Shown here one piece after another: positions 36,919-49,951 of a stretch of DNA of 64,000 nucleotides. Made by a program: the position numbers and the translations under genes. The DNA comes from Paramoeba atlantica (lineage: Eukaryota; Protista; Discosea): assembly GCA_977017575.1 (NCBI GenBank), contig CDRNVI010000177.1, positions 62,001 through 126,000 of the forward strand, read 5' to 3'. Every line of letters starts with the position of its first letter. The stretch's first letter is position 1. The notes beneath the pieces were generated by a model. The model had not been told where the DNA came from. It was given only the letters and a program-made list of their open reading frames with translations, and ran no database searches.

Positions 36919-37257
36919 AGAAAGAGAGAAAAAGAAAAGCAAAACAAAAACAACGAGGCCAGAAAAATTATGAGCCCTAAAATCTTTTTTTTTTGTGTGC
37001 TAAAATAAACCAGCACAATTCAATTGTTTTTCTGAGTGTTGAAAAAATATTTTTTTATGAGAATTTTTTTTTCAATGCCCTGAAAAACCTTTGCAATTGC
37101 GTTCCTTTCCTTTGGCAACCCGGTGAGAGAGAGGAAAGAGCGAAAGGAGAGGAGAAGAAGAGGAAAGAGAAAAAAGAAAAGAAAAGAAAGAGAAATTAAA
37201 AAAAAGAATTAAATTAAGAACTAAAAAAAAAGGGAAAGAGGAAGAAGGAGGGAAGAA

Positions 37258-37445
37258 AGTGGGGAAGGTAGGGAAGGTAGGGAAGGTAGGAAAGGTAGGA
37301 AAGGAGGGGAAAGTGGGGAAGGTGGGGAAGGTAGGGAAGGGAGGAAAGGTGGGGAAGAGGGAAGGTAGGAAAGGAGGGGAAAGGGTTGAGAAGAGGGAAG
37401 GTAGGAAAGGAGGGCAAAGTAGGGGAAAGTAGGGGAAGGTTGAGA
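37258..37445 (+). repeat. G-rich ~10-bp degenerate repeat (gggaaggtag)
   Basis: Visible directly. Confidence 0.75.
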
Positions 37446-40016
37446 AAGTTGAGAAGGTTGGGTGGGTGAAATGAAATCATGTTCTCTTTTTTCTTGAGGT
37501 TTATTCTTTTTTCTTTCTCTTTTTTTTTTCTTTTTTTTTTCTTTTTTTTTCTTTTTCTTTTCTTTTTTTTTTTTCTTTTTTTCTTTTTCTTTTCTTTCTT
37601 TTTTTTTTCTTTTTTTTTTCTTTTTTTTTTCCTTTTGTTTTTGTTTTTTTTTGTTTTTTTTTTTTGTTTTTTTTCCTATTTTTCTTTTGTTTTTTCTTCT
37701 TTATCTTTCCTCTTTTTAATCTTTTCCCCTCTCTTCTCTTTTTCTCCCTTTTTCCTTCTCTTTCTTTTCTCTTTCTTTTCTTTTTCTTTTCTTTTTCTTT
37801 TCTCTTTCTTTTCTCTTTCTTTTCTCTTTCTTTTCTCCTTAACACAGGAAAGTTGTTTAATTGAAGAGAGTGTAATTCACATTTTAAATAATGGTCCTTT
37901 TTCTTCAATGGTTTTTTTTTCTTTTGTTTTTTTTGTTTTTTTTGTTTTTTTTTGTTTTTTTTTTGTTTTTTTTTCTTTTTTTTCTTTGTTTTTTTTTTTT
38001 GTTTTTTCTTTTTTATGTGTTTTTCCTTTTTTTTCTTTTTTTTTTCTTTTCTTTTATCTTTTGTTTTTTCATCTTCTTTATTTTTTATCTTTCCTCTTTT
38101 TAATCTTTCTCCCCCCCTCTTCTCTTTTCTCCTCTTTCCCCTCTTTCTCCTTCTCTTTTCTTTTCTTTTCTTTTCTTTTCTTTCCTTCTCTTTCTTTCCT
38201 TTTAAAACAGTGAAGTCATTGCATTAGAAAAGAGTGAAATCACGTATCAAAAAAGATCCTTTTTCTTCACAGTTTTTTCTTTTTTTTTCTTTTTTTTTTC
38301 TTTTTTTCTTTTTTTTTTCTTTTTTTCTTTTTTTTTTCTTTTTTTTCTTTCTTTTCTTTTTTCTTTTTCTTTTTCTTTTCTGTCTTTGTTTTTTCTTTTT
38401 TCTTTTTTTTTTCTTTTTTTCTTTTTTTTTCTCTTTTTTCTTTCTTTTCTGTCTTTGTTTTTCTTTTCTTTTCTTTCTTTTTTTTTTCTTTTTTCCTTTT
38501 CCCTTTTTTTCTTTTTTTTCCTTTTTTTCTGTCTTTGTTTTTCTTTTTTTCTTTTCTTTCTTTTTTTCTTTCTTTTTTCCTTTTCCTTTTTTTCCTTTTT
38601 TTTCCTTTTTTTTCCTTTTTTTTCCTTTTTTTTCCTTTTTTTTCCTTTTTTTTCCTTTTTTTTCCTTTTTTTTCCTTTTTTTTCCTTTTTTCCTTTTTTT
38701 TGTTTTTTTTGTTTTTGTTTGTTTTTGTTTATTGTTCTTTTCTTTTCTTTTCTTTTTTTTTGTTTTTTTGTTTGTTTTTTTTTGTTTTTTTTGTTTTTTT
38801 TTTTGTTTTTATTCCTTTTCTTCCTCTTTCTCCTTTCTTTTCTTGACAAAGCGAAAATAAAAAGAAAATTGTTGGTTTTCTCTTTTTTCTCTTTCTCTTT
38901 TCCCTCTTCCTTTCCTTTTTTTTTTCCTTTTCCTTTTTTCTTTTTCTTTTTTCTTTCTTTTTTTCTTTTTTTCTTCTCTTTGTTTCTTTTATCTTTTTTT
39001 TTTCTCTTTTTTTTTTCTTTTTTCTTTCTTTTTCTTTTTTTGTTTTCCTTTTCTTTTTTTTCTTTTCTTTTTTTTTTTCTTTTCTTTTTCTTTTTTTTCT
39101 TTTTTTTTCTTTTTTTTCTTTTGTTTTTATTTGTTTTTTGTTTATTTTTCTCTTTTTTTTTTTTTCCTTTTCCCTTTCCTTTCCCTTTCCTTTCCCTTTT
39201 CTTTTTTTTTTCTTTCTTTTTTTTTCCTTTCTGTTTTCTTTCTTTTTTTCATTTTTTTTTGTTCAAAAGATTCGAAAAATCCCAAACGAAAAAGAGAGAA
39301 GTTGCCACACAAATCAAAGTTGGATAAGGAGGGCAAAGAGAAGAGAGACCAAACAACACAAAAGAGGATTATTTCGTGATAGTTTTCATACTCTCTGGGT
39401 CTGATTTTTCGAATTAGTACCCCAGAGAGAATGAAGAATCCACAAAAAAAAAAAAAAAGATCCACCGGTCAGTCGGGGGGATAGGGGTGTTGTGTTGTGT
39501 TGTGTGTGTGTTGTTTTGGTGTTAAAAAGAAATATCCACGTTTTTTTTTTGAAGCAAAATATCTTTGGTGGTGTGTCTTTTCTTGGATTCTAAAAAAATT
39601 GTTCATCATTGGTTTTTTTTTTCTTTTTTTCTTTCTTTTTTTCTTTCTTTTTTTCTTTCTTGTTGTTCTTCTTTTTTCTGGCACTGTTTTTCAGGTTTTT
39701 TGGGTCCAACATATTGGTCTGTGGTTTTTTTTTAATATTGTCATCTCAATAAAACACCACCTCCCTCCCAATATCTTTTTCTTAATTATGTGTGTGGGTC
39801 CTTCTTCAACACATACACTCTGATTGTGTTGGGAAGAAAAAAAAAAAAAGTATCTTTCACCCCCAACCACACACCACTGAATAAGGAAAAGTTCTTCCGC
39901 TGCCATTCCATTAAAAAAAAAATTATGAAAAGAAAAACAGCTCTTTGGTGAATGTCTCAAAAAGAAAGAAGATTTTTGTTAAAGTTTCAATTTATATTTT
40001 TTTATACAAGCTTTTT

Positions 40017-40805
<789 letters not shown>

Positions 40806-43409
40806 TCAGTGAAAGGTTCAGCGAAAACCTAAATCGAAGCCCTTGACTAAAAATAGCGCGTTATTTTTTAGCGCTCTACTTTTTTTTTCGTTTGTTTCTG
40901 TTTTTTTTTTGTGTTTTGTTTTTTTGTGGTGAGTGAGAAGAGAAGAGAGCGCTCTCTTCTTTCTGTTTGTTTTTGTTTTGTTTGTTTTTGTTTTGTTTTG
41001 TGTGTTATTTGTTTTGTTTGTTTTGCCAATCTCACCAACCACCATCACGCAGTTTTGTGGTGGTGTGTGTTTTGTGTTTTTTTGTGTTGTGTGAGGGTTT
41101 GTTCTTCTCCTCACACCCCCTCCGCCCCCTTCTCTCTCTCACCTCATCTTTTAACACACAGAGGAGAGAGGAGAAGGGAAAAGGAACCTCTCTCTCTCTC
41201 TTTGATGAAGGGAGATAAAAAGCAAAGAATGCGAAAAGAGGTGGTTTGTGTACTCTCTTCCTCCCTTTTTTTTTATCAAACACACTTCTCTTCTCTCACA
41301 CTCCTGACCATTTTTTTCCCCTTTCTCTCTCTCTTTCTTTCCCCTCTTTCTTTCTCTTCCCTTTCCTTCACACAGTTTTCAAAGGAACAAAACATAAAAG
41401 TGGGGGGAAAAGGGTGGTGTTTTGTTTCCATAAAAGAGCAAATATTAGGGAACACAACAATCGAAAGTAGAGGGATAGTGGGTGAAAGGGGGGGAGAGAA
41501 GATCACCAGAGAGACACCCAATAGAGAGAGTGATGTTTGTGGTGGATGATCTCTCTTCTCTTTTTAGCCCTCTTGAGACGACGATCTTGTGTGTGTGTGT
41601 GTTCTGAGGAGAGGCCTTTCTTCGAGCGTGTTTTGGCGATGATGGTGTAGTGTTTGGTGTATACTTCTCTTTTGAAAATGTTGGTTATTCATGAAGAACT
41701 TTACCACTGATATATGTTTCTGCTCTCTCTCTCTCTTTTCCCAAAAAATCCATGTTTGGTGTTGTTGGTGTGTGATTAGACCCTCTCTCCTCCCTTCTCT
41801 CTCTCCCCACTCTCGCTGCTGCGCCCTATTCCTCTGTTTCTTATCATTTTTTCGAGGAGTAAAAGCTCTTTCTTCTTAGCTTTCTTCTTTTGGAGGGTTC
41901 CTTGACCTTCTTTGTCTCTTGAAATATTTGTTTCTTGGATTGGTGACAGTGATATTGGATCGGATCTCTCTCCTCTTCTTTAAGTGGTATGTCCTATCAT
42001 AATGAAATCAAATGTCTTCTTTCTCGAAAAAAATGTGACTTTCTCGACAAAAGGTATACCACGTATCGGACCCCGTATGTATCGTTATACTACACACACA
42101 ACACACAACACACAACACACAATAAGATTTTTTGCAACACACTGAGAAGGTTACTTTTTTGCATGGATTATTTTTTCTGTCTGTGTTTGGTGTGTTTTGT
42201 TGTTTACTTTTTTTGTATTTGTCTCTTTGTGTTTTAAAAATGGGGTGTGTGTGTGTGTTAATGTTGTTTTTGTGTTTTTGTTTTGTTTTGTTTTTTGAGA
42301 AGAGGAAGGGGAAGGGAAGGAAGGAAGGAAGGGTGTGTGAAAAATTTATTAATTTGTACAAAAAACAGTTTGTTGTCTCTCAAAGCCAATTTCTCAAATT
42401 GAAAAAAAGACACGAATCCCCAGATTCCACTCCAAAAGTTCATCAAGAAGAAAACAGACGAAAAGAATGAAAAGAATTTAGATCGCCGAGATTGGTGTAT
42501 TAATTGAAAGAAGTGTCCCGTCCGTTGAGGGGAATACGAAATCGTTGTAAATGATTGATGTCCATTTTAAAAGAAGGTTTTGTGTTCTTGTTAATTTGTT
42601 CTTGTTGAACTTGTTTTTTTATTATTTGTTTTATTTTTTGCTTTTGGTATTTTTGGTATTTGTTTTTGTTCTTTTCTTTTTTGTGGTGATTGGTTTGGTT
42701 CGGTTTGGTTGGTTTGTCTGTTATTATTGGAAAGAGTGTTTTTGTTTTTGTATTAGTTATTAGTATTTAATTAATTAAAATTCTCTGATACTAAAATCTG
42801 ATTCTTCCTCCTCCCCCTTCTCTTAACTAGTGTGAGGACATCTTTTTTGTTTCCTTTGTTACAAAGACTTCCTTCCAATCACAAGCCTTTTTGAAAATAT
42901 GAGTGGCACAGGTTTCCCTTTATTTTGTGTTTTGTTGTTTCAGTGTTTCAGTGTTTTGTGTTTGGTTTGTTAGTTATTTGATTCATTCAGTGTTACTTTT
43001 GTTTTGTTTGTTGTGATTGTGATTGTTGTGATTGTAGTTAAGTTATAGTTATTGTTGCTGTTGTTTATGATTGTGATTGTTTTTCTTGTTGTTTGTTGTT
43101 TATTGTTTGTTGTTGTTTGTTGTTATTGTTGTTATTATGATTATTGGTTTGTGATTGTGATTGCAATTGTTATGATTGTTGTTACTATTTTTTATAATGT
43201 TAATTGTTAAATTGTTAATAATAGAATGGGGACATCTTTGTTTCTTTGTTATAAGACTCCCTCCACAGGCCTTTTTTTCTATTACTCCGTTCCCAACAAT
43301 CCCGACTATTGTGCCACCGCCAGGTTTTTCTCTTTTTTCCTTCTTTTATTTTGTGCTTGTTTTTGTTTTTGTTAATGGTATTGCTGTTGTGGTGGTGATG
43401 ATATTTTGA

Positions 43410-43860
43410 TTGTGTTGTTATTTGTTGTTATTTGTTATTGGTATTCTTGTTGTGTTCTTGTTGTTGTTCTTGTTGTTGTTATTTGTTGTTATTTGTTGTT
43501 CTTGTTGTTATTTGTTGTTCTTGTTGTTCTTGTTGTTATTTGTTATTGGTATTCTTGTTCTTGTTGTTATTATTGTTGTTATTCTTGTTGTGTTCTTGTT
43601 GTTGTTCTTGTTGTTGTTATTTGTTGTTATTTGTTGTTATTTGTTATTGGTATTCTTGTTGTGTTCTTGTTGTTGTTCTTGTTGTTGTTATTTGTTGTTA
43701 TTTGTTGTTCTTGTTGTTATTTGTTGTTCTTGTTGTTCTTGTTGTTATTTGTTATTGGTATTCTTGTTCTTGTTGTTATTATTGTTGTTATTCTTGTTGT
43801 GTTCTTGTTGTTGTTCTTGTTGTTGTTATTTGTTGTTATTTGTTGTTATTTGTTATTAGA
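43410..43860. repeat. GTT/ATT microsatellite with a 209-bp higher-order duplication
   Basis: Marker gttattggtattc at 43434/43643 and 43542/43751. Confidence 0.8.
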
Positions 43861-45217
43861 TATTTGTTATTGTAATTATGTTGATTTTTTTTGTGTGTGT
43901 TGTGGTTATGTTGTGTTAGTAATTTTAACCAATTTTTCACAGAAAAACACAAAAAAAGAGAGAGTGTGTGGAATCATCAAGACAAAGATGTGGGTTGGGG
44001 ATTTTTGGAGGGAGCCAGCCACATATAATGGCTGGTTGGTTCTTTTTGTTCTTTTGTAATATTTATATTTCCGTTTTGTTGTAATAATATTTTTTTAGTT
44101 GGTTAATTTGTCTTCTGTTTTTTGTTTGGAGGGGGGGTGTGTATTTAATCAGTGTTGGTTTGTTTGGTTTGTTTGGTTTTGTTGGAGTTAAATATTATTA
44201 TTGTTAATTGTTTTTGGTCACTTTGTTGGTAGTTGGTACATCAGTGTTTTTGTGTATTGGTTGTGTGTGTAAGTTGGTTGTGTGTTGTCTTGTGTACACA
44301 CATTTTTCAAGGTTTATTGTTTGTTTGAACCAAACAATCAAAAATGACAATAAGGTTTTCTTTTTTTTTGTCTTTCTTTTGTTTCGTCCTTTTTGTTCTT
44401 TTTTTTTTGTTCTTTTTTTTTTGTTCTTTCTCCCTTTTTGTTCTTTTTCTTTTTTTTTTACTCTGTTCTATAATTTTTTTGATGTTGGTGTTGGTCTTGT
44501 GTGGAATGTGCTTTTTTGTGGGGTTGGTGTTTTTCTAGAAGAGGTTAATTGATGTGCAGGTTTTTCTTTTGATTTTTCTTTTGATTTTTCTTTTGATTTT
44601 TTTTTTTTGATTTTTTTGGTTTCTCTTTTTTTTTAAGATCCAAAAAGTTTCCACAGACACACTATGGTTTTTCTCTTTCTGTTTTTTGTTAATATAAATG
44701 AGGTTTGCTTTGTGGGGACGGTTTGGGTTTTCCTTTTCGATAAAATGGTGAATGTAGGTGTTTTTGTGGGAATTGTGTACCTTTTTTCTGTGGTGGCGCA
44801 CCTTGTTTTTTTTTTTGGAGGGGGGGGGGGGTCTTTAATTGGGAGGGAGGGGGATTGTTCAAATTTTTAGAAAGGAAGAACCCACTGTTTTGTTGAGATT
44901 TAAAAAGACTAAAAAGGTTATAATATTTGTTCACATAAACAAATGTTGCAGCCTCTTTGGGAATTTTCCAGAATGGACATGAAGATTGGGTTTTGACTCG
45001 CACACCACCTCCATAAATACTTTGTGATGGGTAAATTAGCCACAGTAGCACCAATTTTGTTGGGGGGGGATGGGGGATATATTGCCAAAATACATAATTT
45101 CCACAATTGTTTCAATTTGGTTGGGTGACTTGAAGGAAGGGGGGAGGTTTTCGTGGTGGTGTCGTATCTCCCCCAATCCTTTTGAAACCCATTTTTTTTT
45201 TCGATTTTTATCAAATT

Positions 45218-45290
45218 GCCTCCGTAGCTCAGTCGGTAGAGCGCTAGACTCTTAATCTAGTGGCCGCGGGTTCGAGCCCCGCCGGGGGCT
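45218..45290 (+). tRNA. tRNA-Lys(CTT)
   Basis: Cloverleaf: acceptor GCCTCCG/CGGGGGC, anticodon arm CTAGA-CTCTTAA-TCTAG, T-arm GCGGG-TTCGAGC-CCCGC, downstream T-run. Confidence 0.97.
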
Positions 45291-45431
45291 GTTTTTTTTT
45301 TTCTTTTTTTTCTTCTTTTTTTTCTTTTTTTCTTTTTTTCTTTCTTTTTTTTTCTTTTCTTTTTCTTTTTTCTTTTCTTTTTTTTTCTTTTTTTCGGGTA
45401 CAAAAGTTCGAGTCCTGAAAAAAAAGTCGAA

Positions 45432-45547
45432 AAAATTGATGGCAGACGCATCCTTCGTCCAGAGAAAAGTTCGAGTTGAGACGAGCCGAAGGCGAGTCGA
45501 GAACGAGAACTTTTCTCTGGACGAAGGATGCGTCTGCCATCAATTTT
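45432..45547. other. Perfect 41-bp inverted repeat with a 34-nt loop
   Basis: 45432-45472 is the exact reverse complement of 45507-45547. Confidence 0.92.
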
Positions 45548-46061
45548 CCTGACTTTTTTTTGGACGAGAATCTTTTTATTGGAGAAAAGTTTGATGATAT
45601 AAAGTGATCAAAATTTTTATTATTCACCGACACTTTTGTCAAGGTTCTCCTTTCCTTCAATCTTTTGTTTCTTCTTTTTTGGTTCTGAAAACTTGAAGGT
45701 ACAGTCTTTAAAATGGTTTCCCCCACCAATATTTGCCCCTCCCAGAGGAGAACAAGAAGGAACAAAACTCTGTTGATACAAAGGTCCCATCGACTCCATC
45801 CCAGGAGCAAACCGAAAATAGTATGACATATTCTCTTCTCCTGACTCAAAGACTGGGTGTTTGTTGATATATATATACTGGAAGTCCACCAGCTTCTTCA
45901 AATAAATCTTTTTCAGGAGGAGTTGGGGGTGGTTGGGAACAAACAAACTGCTGTGTTCGAGGACGAGGGGATGGAAAACCAACAAGGGGATGATGACTGG
46001 GACTGCTCCTTGGAGAAGGTCGGAATGGGACAACTCGAGGTGATTGATATGGAACTGGGGA

Positions 46062-47326
46062 TCAAGATGGAATTGGAACTAAGGGTTGAGATGGGACTGT
46101 GGATCGAGATGAGGGTCGAGATAGGACTGGGGGTCGAGATGAAATTGGAACTGAGGGTCGAGATGGGACTGGAAGTGGGACTGGTTGTTCAGATGAAGAG
46201 ACAGTTGATGAGAGAACTGGTGATGGACAAGAAGATTGTGCACTAACACCAAATGCATTATTTTTGAGTTTACCTCGTTGTTCAGCTGATGGATCAGTGT
46301 ATGAATTCAAGGGATCAGATCGAGCCATGTCCAGTCAACTTGATGACCATATGGGGGTTTCCTCCAGCAGCAAGAGAAAGAGTGACAAGAGTGGAGCGCA
46401 AACTCTGGTTTGTGAATCTCTTTCCAATTTGATCAGTGGCAATTCCTATTTTTTGGGCTGTCTCTTTAAACCAATTGCCAATTGTTTTCTCTCCCACAGG
46501 CTGGGTTCTTATACCAATTCCCAGATTTGAGGTAAGCACCATGAGTGTCGTTTGGCTGAAGAAAAACACGATCATCCTTTGGGTGTGCTGGACGTTTTGC
46601 AGTCATTTCAGCGTAAAGATCGATAAAGACACCATCCAAAACACTACTTCTTTCCAAATCTTTTGGCGGAGGCATAGGTCGATCCCCTCCCTGGTGGTTT
46701 TTATCTTGGATGGCTTGATACCTCAAAACACCAGTTTTTTCTCCAAAATCATTTGTTTCCCATTGAAAGTGACTCAATCGAAAATGTGCTTGCTCATTCC
46801 CTCAACAGCCAAGACACAAGCCTGCAATGATAAAAAGGGTCATGTTTAGTCCTTGAGGAGTGTCAATCCCCCAAACATTTACCATCGCAATCGCTTCTTC
46901 TGCAGTGACTGCACTGGCAGAAACTTTTCTCTTTTCAGGGATTTTTTGGATCAGAGATCGTGCTGTGTCTCGTGCTGCTCGTGCTGCTTTGAAAGCAGGA
47001 TCCTCAAAAATGTTGATGGTTTGTTGTTGTTCTTGAAAAAACTTTTCGTTAATTTGTTTTGCAACAGAATTCCAGATTGTTTTCATTGAAGAATCGCAGT
47101 AAGAGTCTTCATTTTCCTTCTTCATATTGAAGGCGAATTTCTTCATGACTCGACAAATTTCTTGTCTGTTTGAAGTTGCAGGATGAAACGAGACATTGTT
47201 GCTGGGTTCTGCCAAGAACCGCTCAAACACCCTCCAGTATGACTCTTTTTGCTTTTTTCCTCCCTTCTGTCTCTCATTCATCGACTCTTCCATTTCTTGC
47301 GATGATTTGTTCATTCTTTCTTGCAC
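46062..47326 (-). pseudogene. DUF3504/Crypton-type tyrosine recombinase relic
   Basis: GLCLGC(TGA)G at the first catalytic Arg, then NQSLRSTLVT, TGHGS and LNSY..S..Q motifs in order across three frameshifts, followed by a Ser/Pro-rich tail. Confidence 0.75.
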
Positions 47327-47374
47327 TCAGTTCTTCGCTTCAAAAAAAAAAAGAAAATGTCGAGTTGCCAATGA

Positions 47375-47658
47375 TGACGTCAATGATGAAAGGTGAAAAA
47401 AGGACGAGTCCTTTTGTCACTTCCTGACCAATGAATGAGTGGCACGTCAGGTTTTTCAAGTGAAGAGTGAAAAAAGAACGAGTCCTTTTTTCAACTTTTG
47501 GCCAATAGGAGGATGCCACATCAGAAAATGATTCAAAATAAACTTTTTTAGACAAGAAAAGATGACATCTCCATGCAAAACAAAAAACAATGCCTGAAAA
47601 AAGCTGATGTGGTGTTGTTTTATTAGAGGAAATCAGCCAATAGCCTGCAGCTACGTCA
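47375..47658 (+). promoter_or_regulatory. Cluster of CCAAT-N9-xxAC(G/A)TCA motifs and a TGACGTCA palindrome upstream of the Crypton relic
   Basis: CCAAT at 47428, 47502 and 47637, each followed after exactly 9 nt by gcacgtca, ccacatca or ctacgtca. TGACGTCA at 47375. Confidence 0.5.
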
Positions 47659-49951
47659 TCTGAAAACTTTTCTCTTTCCAAAGGTTTTTTCTCTTCTTTT
47701 TCTAAAGGTTTTTTCTCTCTTCTTTTTCTCTCTCTTTTTCTCTTCTCTTTTTTTTATTTTTTTTTGAACTTGGTCTGAACTGAACTGCTTCTTTGTTGCT
47801 CAAAGGTTTTTCTCTCTTCTCTCTCTCTTTTTCCTTTCTTTTTCTTTTTTTTTTCCTTTTTCTTTTCCTTTTCTTTTCCTTTTTCTTTTTTAACCTGATG
47901 TGGGGGGGCTACCTTCTTTTGCTCTTTGAAATGTTTTTCTTTTTCTCTCTCTTTTTCTCTCTCTTTTTCTCTTCTCTCTTTTTTCTTTCTCTTTTTAAAC
48001 TTGGTCTGAGTTGAACCGCTTCTTGTCAATTTGCTCTTTCAAAGGTTTTTTCTCTTCTTTTTTTTTTCTTTTTTTTTTTTTTTTTTTTTCTTTTTCTTTT
48101 CTTTTCTTTTCTTTTCTTTTTTCTTTTCTTTTCTTTCTTTTTTTAAAACCTAATTATGTTGAACTACCTTCTTGTCAATTTACTCTTTCAAAAGTTTTTT
48201 CTTTTCTTTTTTTCTTTTCTTTTTTTCTTTTTTTTTCTTTTCTTTTTTCTTTTTTTTCTTTTCTTTTCTTTTTTCTTTTTTTCTTCTTTTTTTTCTTCTA
48301 TTTTTCTTTGGATGGGTCAACCCTGTTGGATAACATGGATAATTGTGGGGGTGGTTAAATATTGGAGGGGGGGTGGGGTTGTGTTGACAAGGTTTTAGGG
48401 ATGGAATAAAATAGGAGAGGGGCAAGGTCTATTTTGGTTTGGGGGGTGGGGGGGTAAATTTGCAATGGATATATTGAAAAAAAAACTAAAAAGGCTTTCA
48501 TATTTGTTCACAGAAACAAATGTTGCAGCCTCTTTGGAACATTTTTCAAAGGAGTGATGATGAGTTATGTGGAAATATATGGATTACATATATAACACAC
48601 AATACACACAGCTTCTTTTTTGTTCTCTCTTTTGTGTTGCCAGATGAAACCTTTTTTTTCCTCTTCTTTTTTTTTCCTTTTTCTTTTTTTCATCTTTTTT
48701 CTTCCTTTCTTTTCTTCCTTTCTTTTTGTTAAAATGATGGACCCACCCTCAATTTGATGTTGTTGTGGGTTTGAGTGTGGATAAAAGAGTGTTTCTCTAC
48801 TACCCCCCCCCCCTTCTTGGCCACACCACACAACACAAAAACAAATTTCACAAAGCTCACTTGTTATGTTGAATAAATAAAAAAAATGTTTTGTTCTCTT
48901 TTTCAAATTAAATTCTTGATTTCATTCTCAATTTTTTGTTTGTTTTTCATAGTGTGTGTGGTGTGTGGAGTGTGGTGTGTGTGGGGGTTTGTGAGTTCCT
49001 TTGAACTTTTTGTGGAAATTCTTTTTTGATACAAAGAGAAAGGAAAAGGGAAAAACAAACTCATGAGTTGAGAGGTGAAAGAACAAAAAGGGTTGCTCAA
49101 AAGAAAGAACAAAGAAGAATAAAATAAGAATTTTGGGGAAAAAGGGGTAAGGAAAGAAATGACGTGGCATTATTTGATTGGTCCACTTTTTTGGAACTCC
49201 AAAATTAGCTTTTCTGGGCCAAAAAAGCTGCTCTTTCTTCTCAGAGGGGTTACATACCTCATAGATGCTCTCTCCTACCAGAGGGGAAAAAAAAACATAG
49301 TCCTATTCAATCGTGACTTTTTGTAAGTCTAAATAAAGGAATAAGATCGAACAGCGTTTGAATTGAGTTTAAAAAGTCAATCTCAAATTTTGTTGGATCT
49401 CTTTTCATTGAAAAATATCTCGGACATTTTTGTGACATTTTTTGCTTGAAGTTGTTTGTAACTTCAGACAATAAAATTCAAAAAAAATGTGGGAGTTATT
49501 TTTTATTTTGTCTGTTTCAAATTTTGAAACAAAACAAAATCGAATTTGTGGAAGGTGATTTTTTTGTTGATTCAAAAGACAGAAAAAACAACCAACTTCA
49601 ATTTCTGAATAAGAAAATTATTTTTCTTTTCTTTTTTTTTCTTTTTCCTTTTCTGGAAATAAAAAAAAATAAAAAGAATAATCTTTTTCTTTCAGTTTAT
49701 TTCTCTCTCTTTTGAAAACTTGGAAACAGAATACATTTGTTTTCAAACTATTTCATGAAGAGGTTCAATGAGAAATTGCAAAGAGGATTTCTTTGTTGGA
49801 AAATTGAATTCTAACGAAAAACAAAAAACTTATTTTTTGATAACAAAAAATTGATAAAATACTTTGAATTCTTTTCGAAGCTACATTTTTCTTTTTTCCA
49901 ATTGGGGGAAAAAGAAAAAAATAGTCTTTTTTTTTTGGAAAAAAAAATAGT

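Noticed and set aside
41560-42560. Possible multi-exon minus-strand gene upstream of polyubiquitin
   Set aside because: Complex CpG-containing islands are present, but I could not assemble a consistent frame or recognise a domain.
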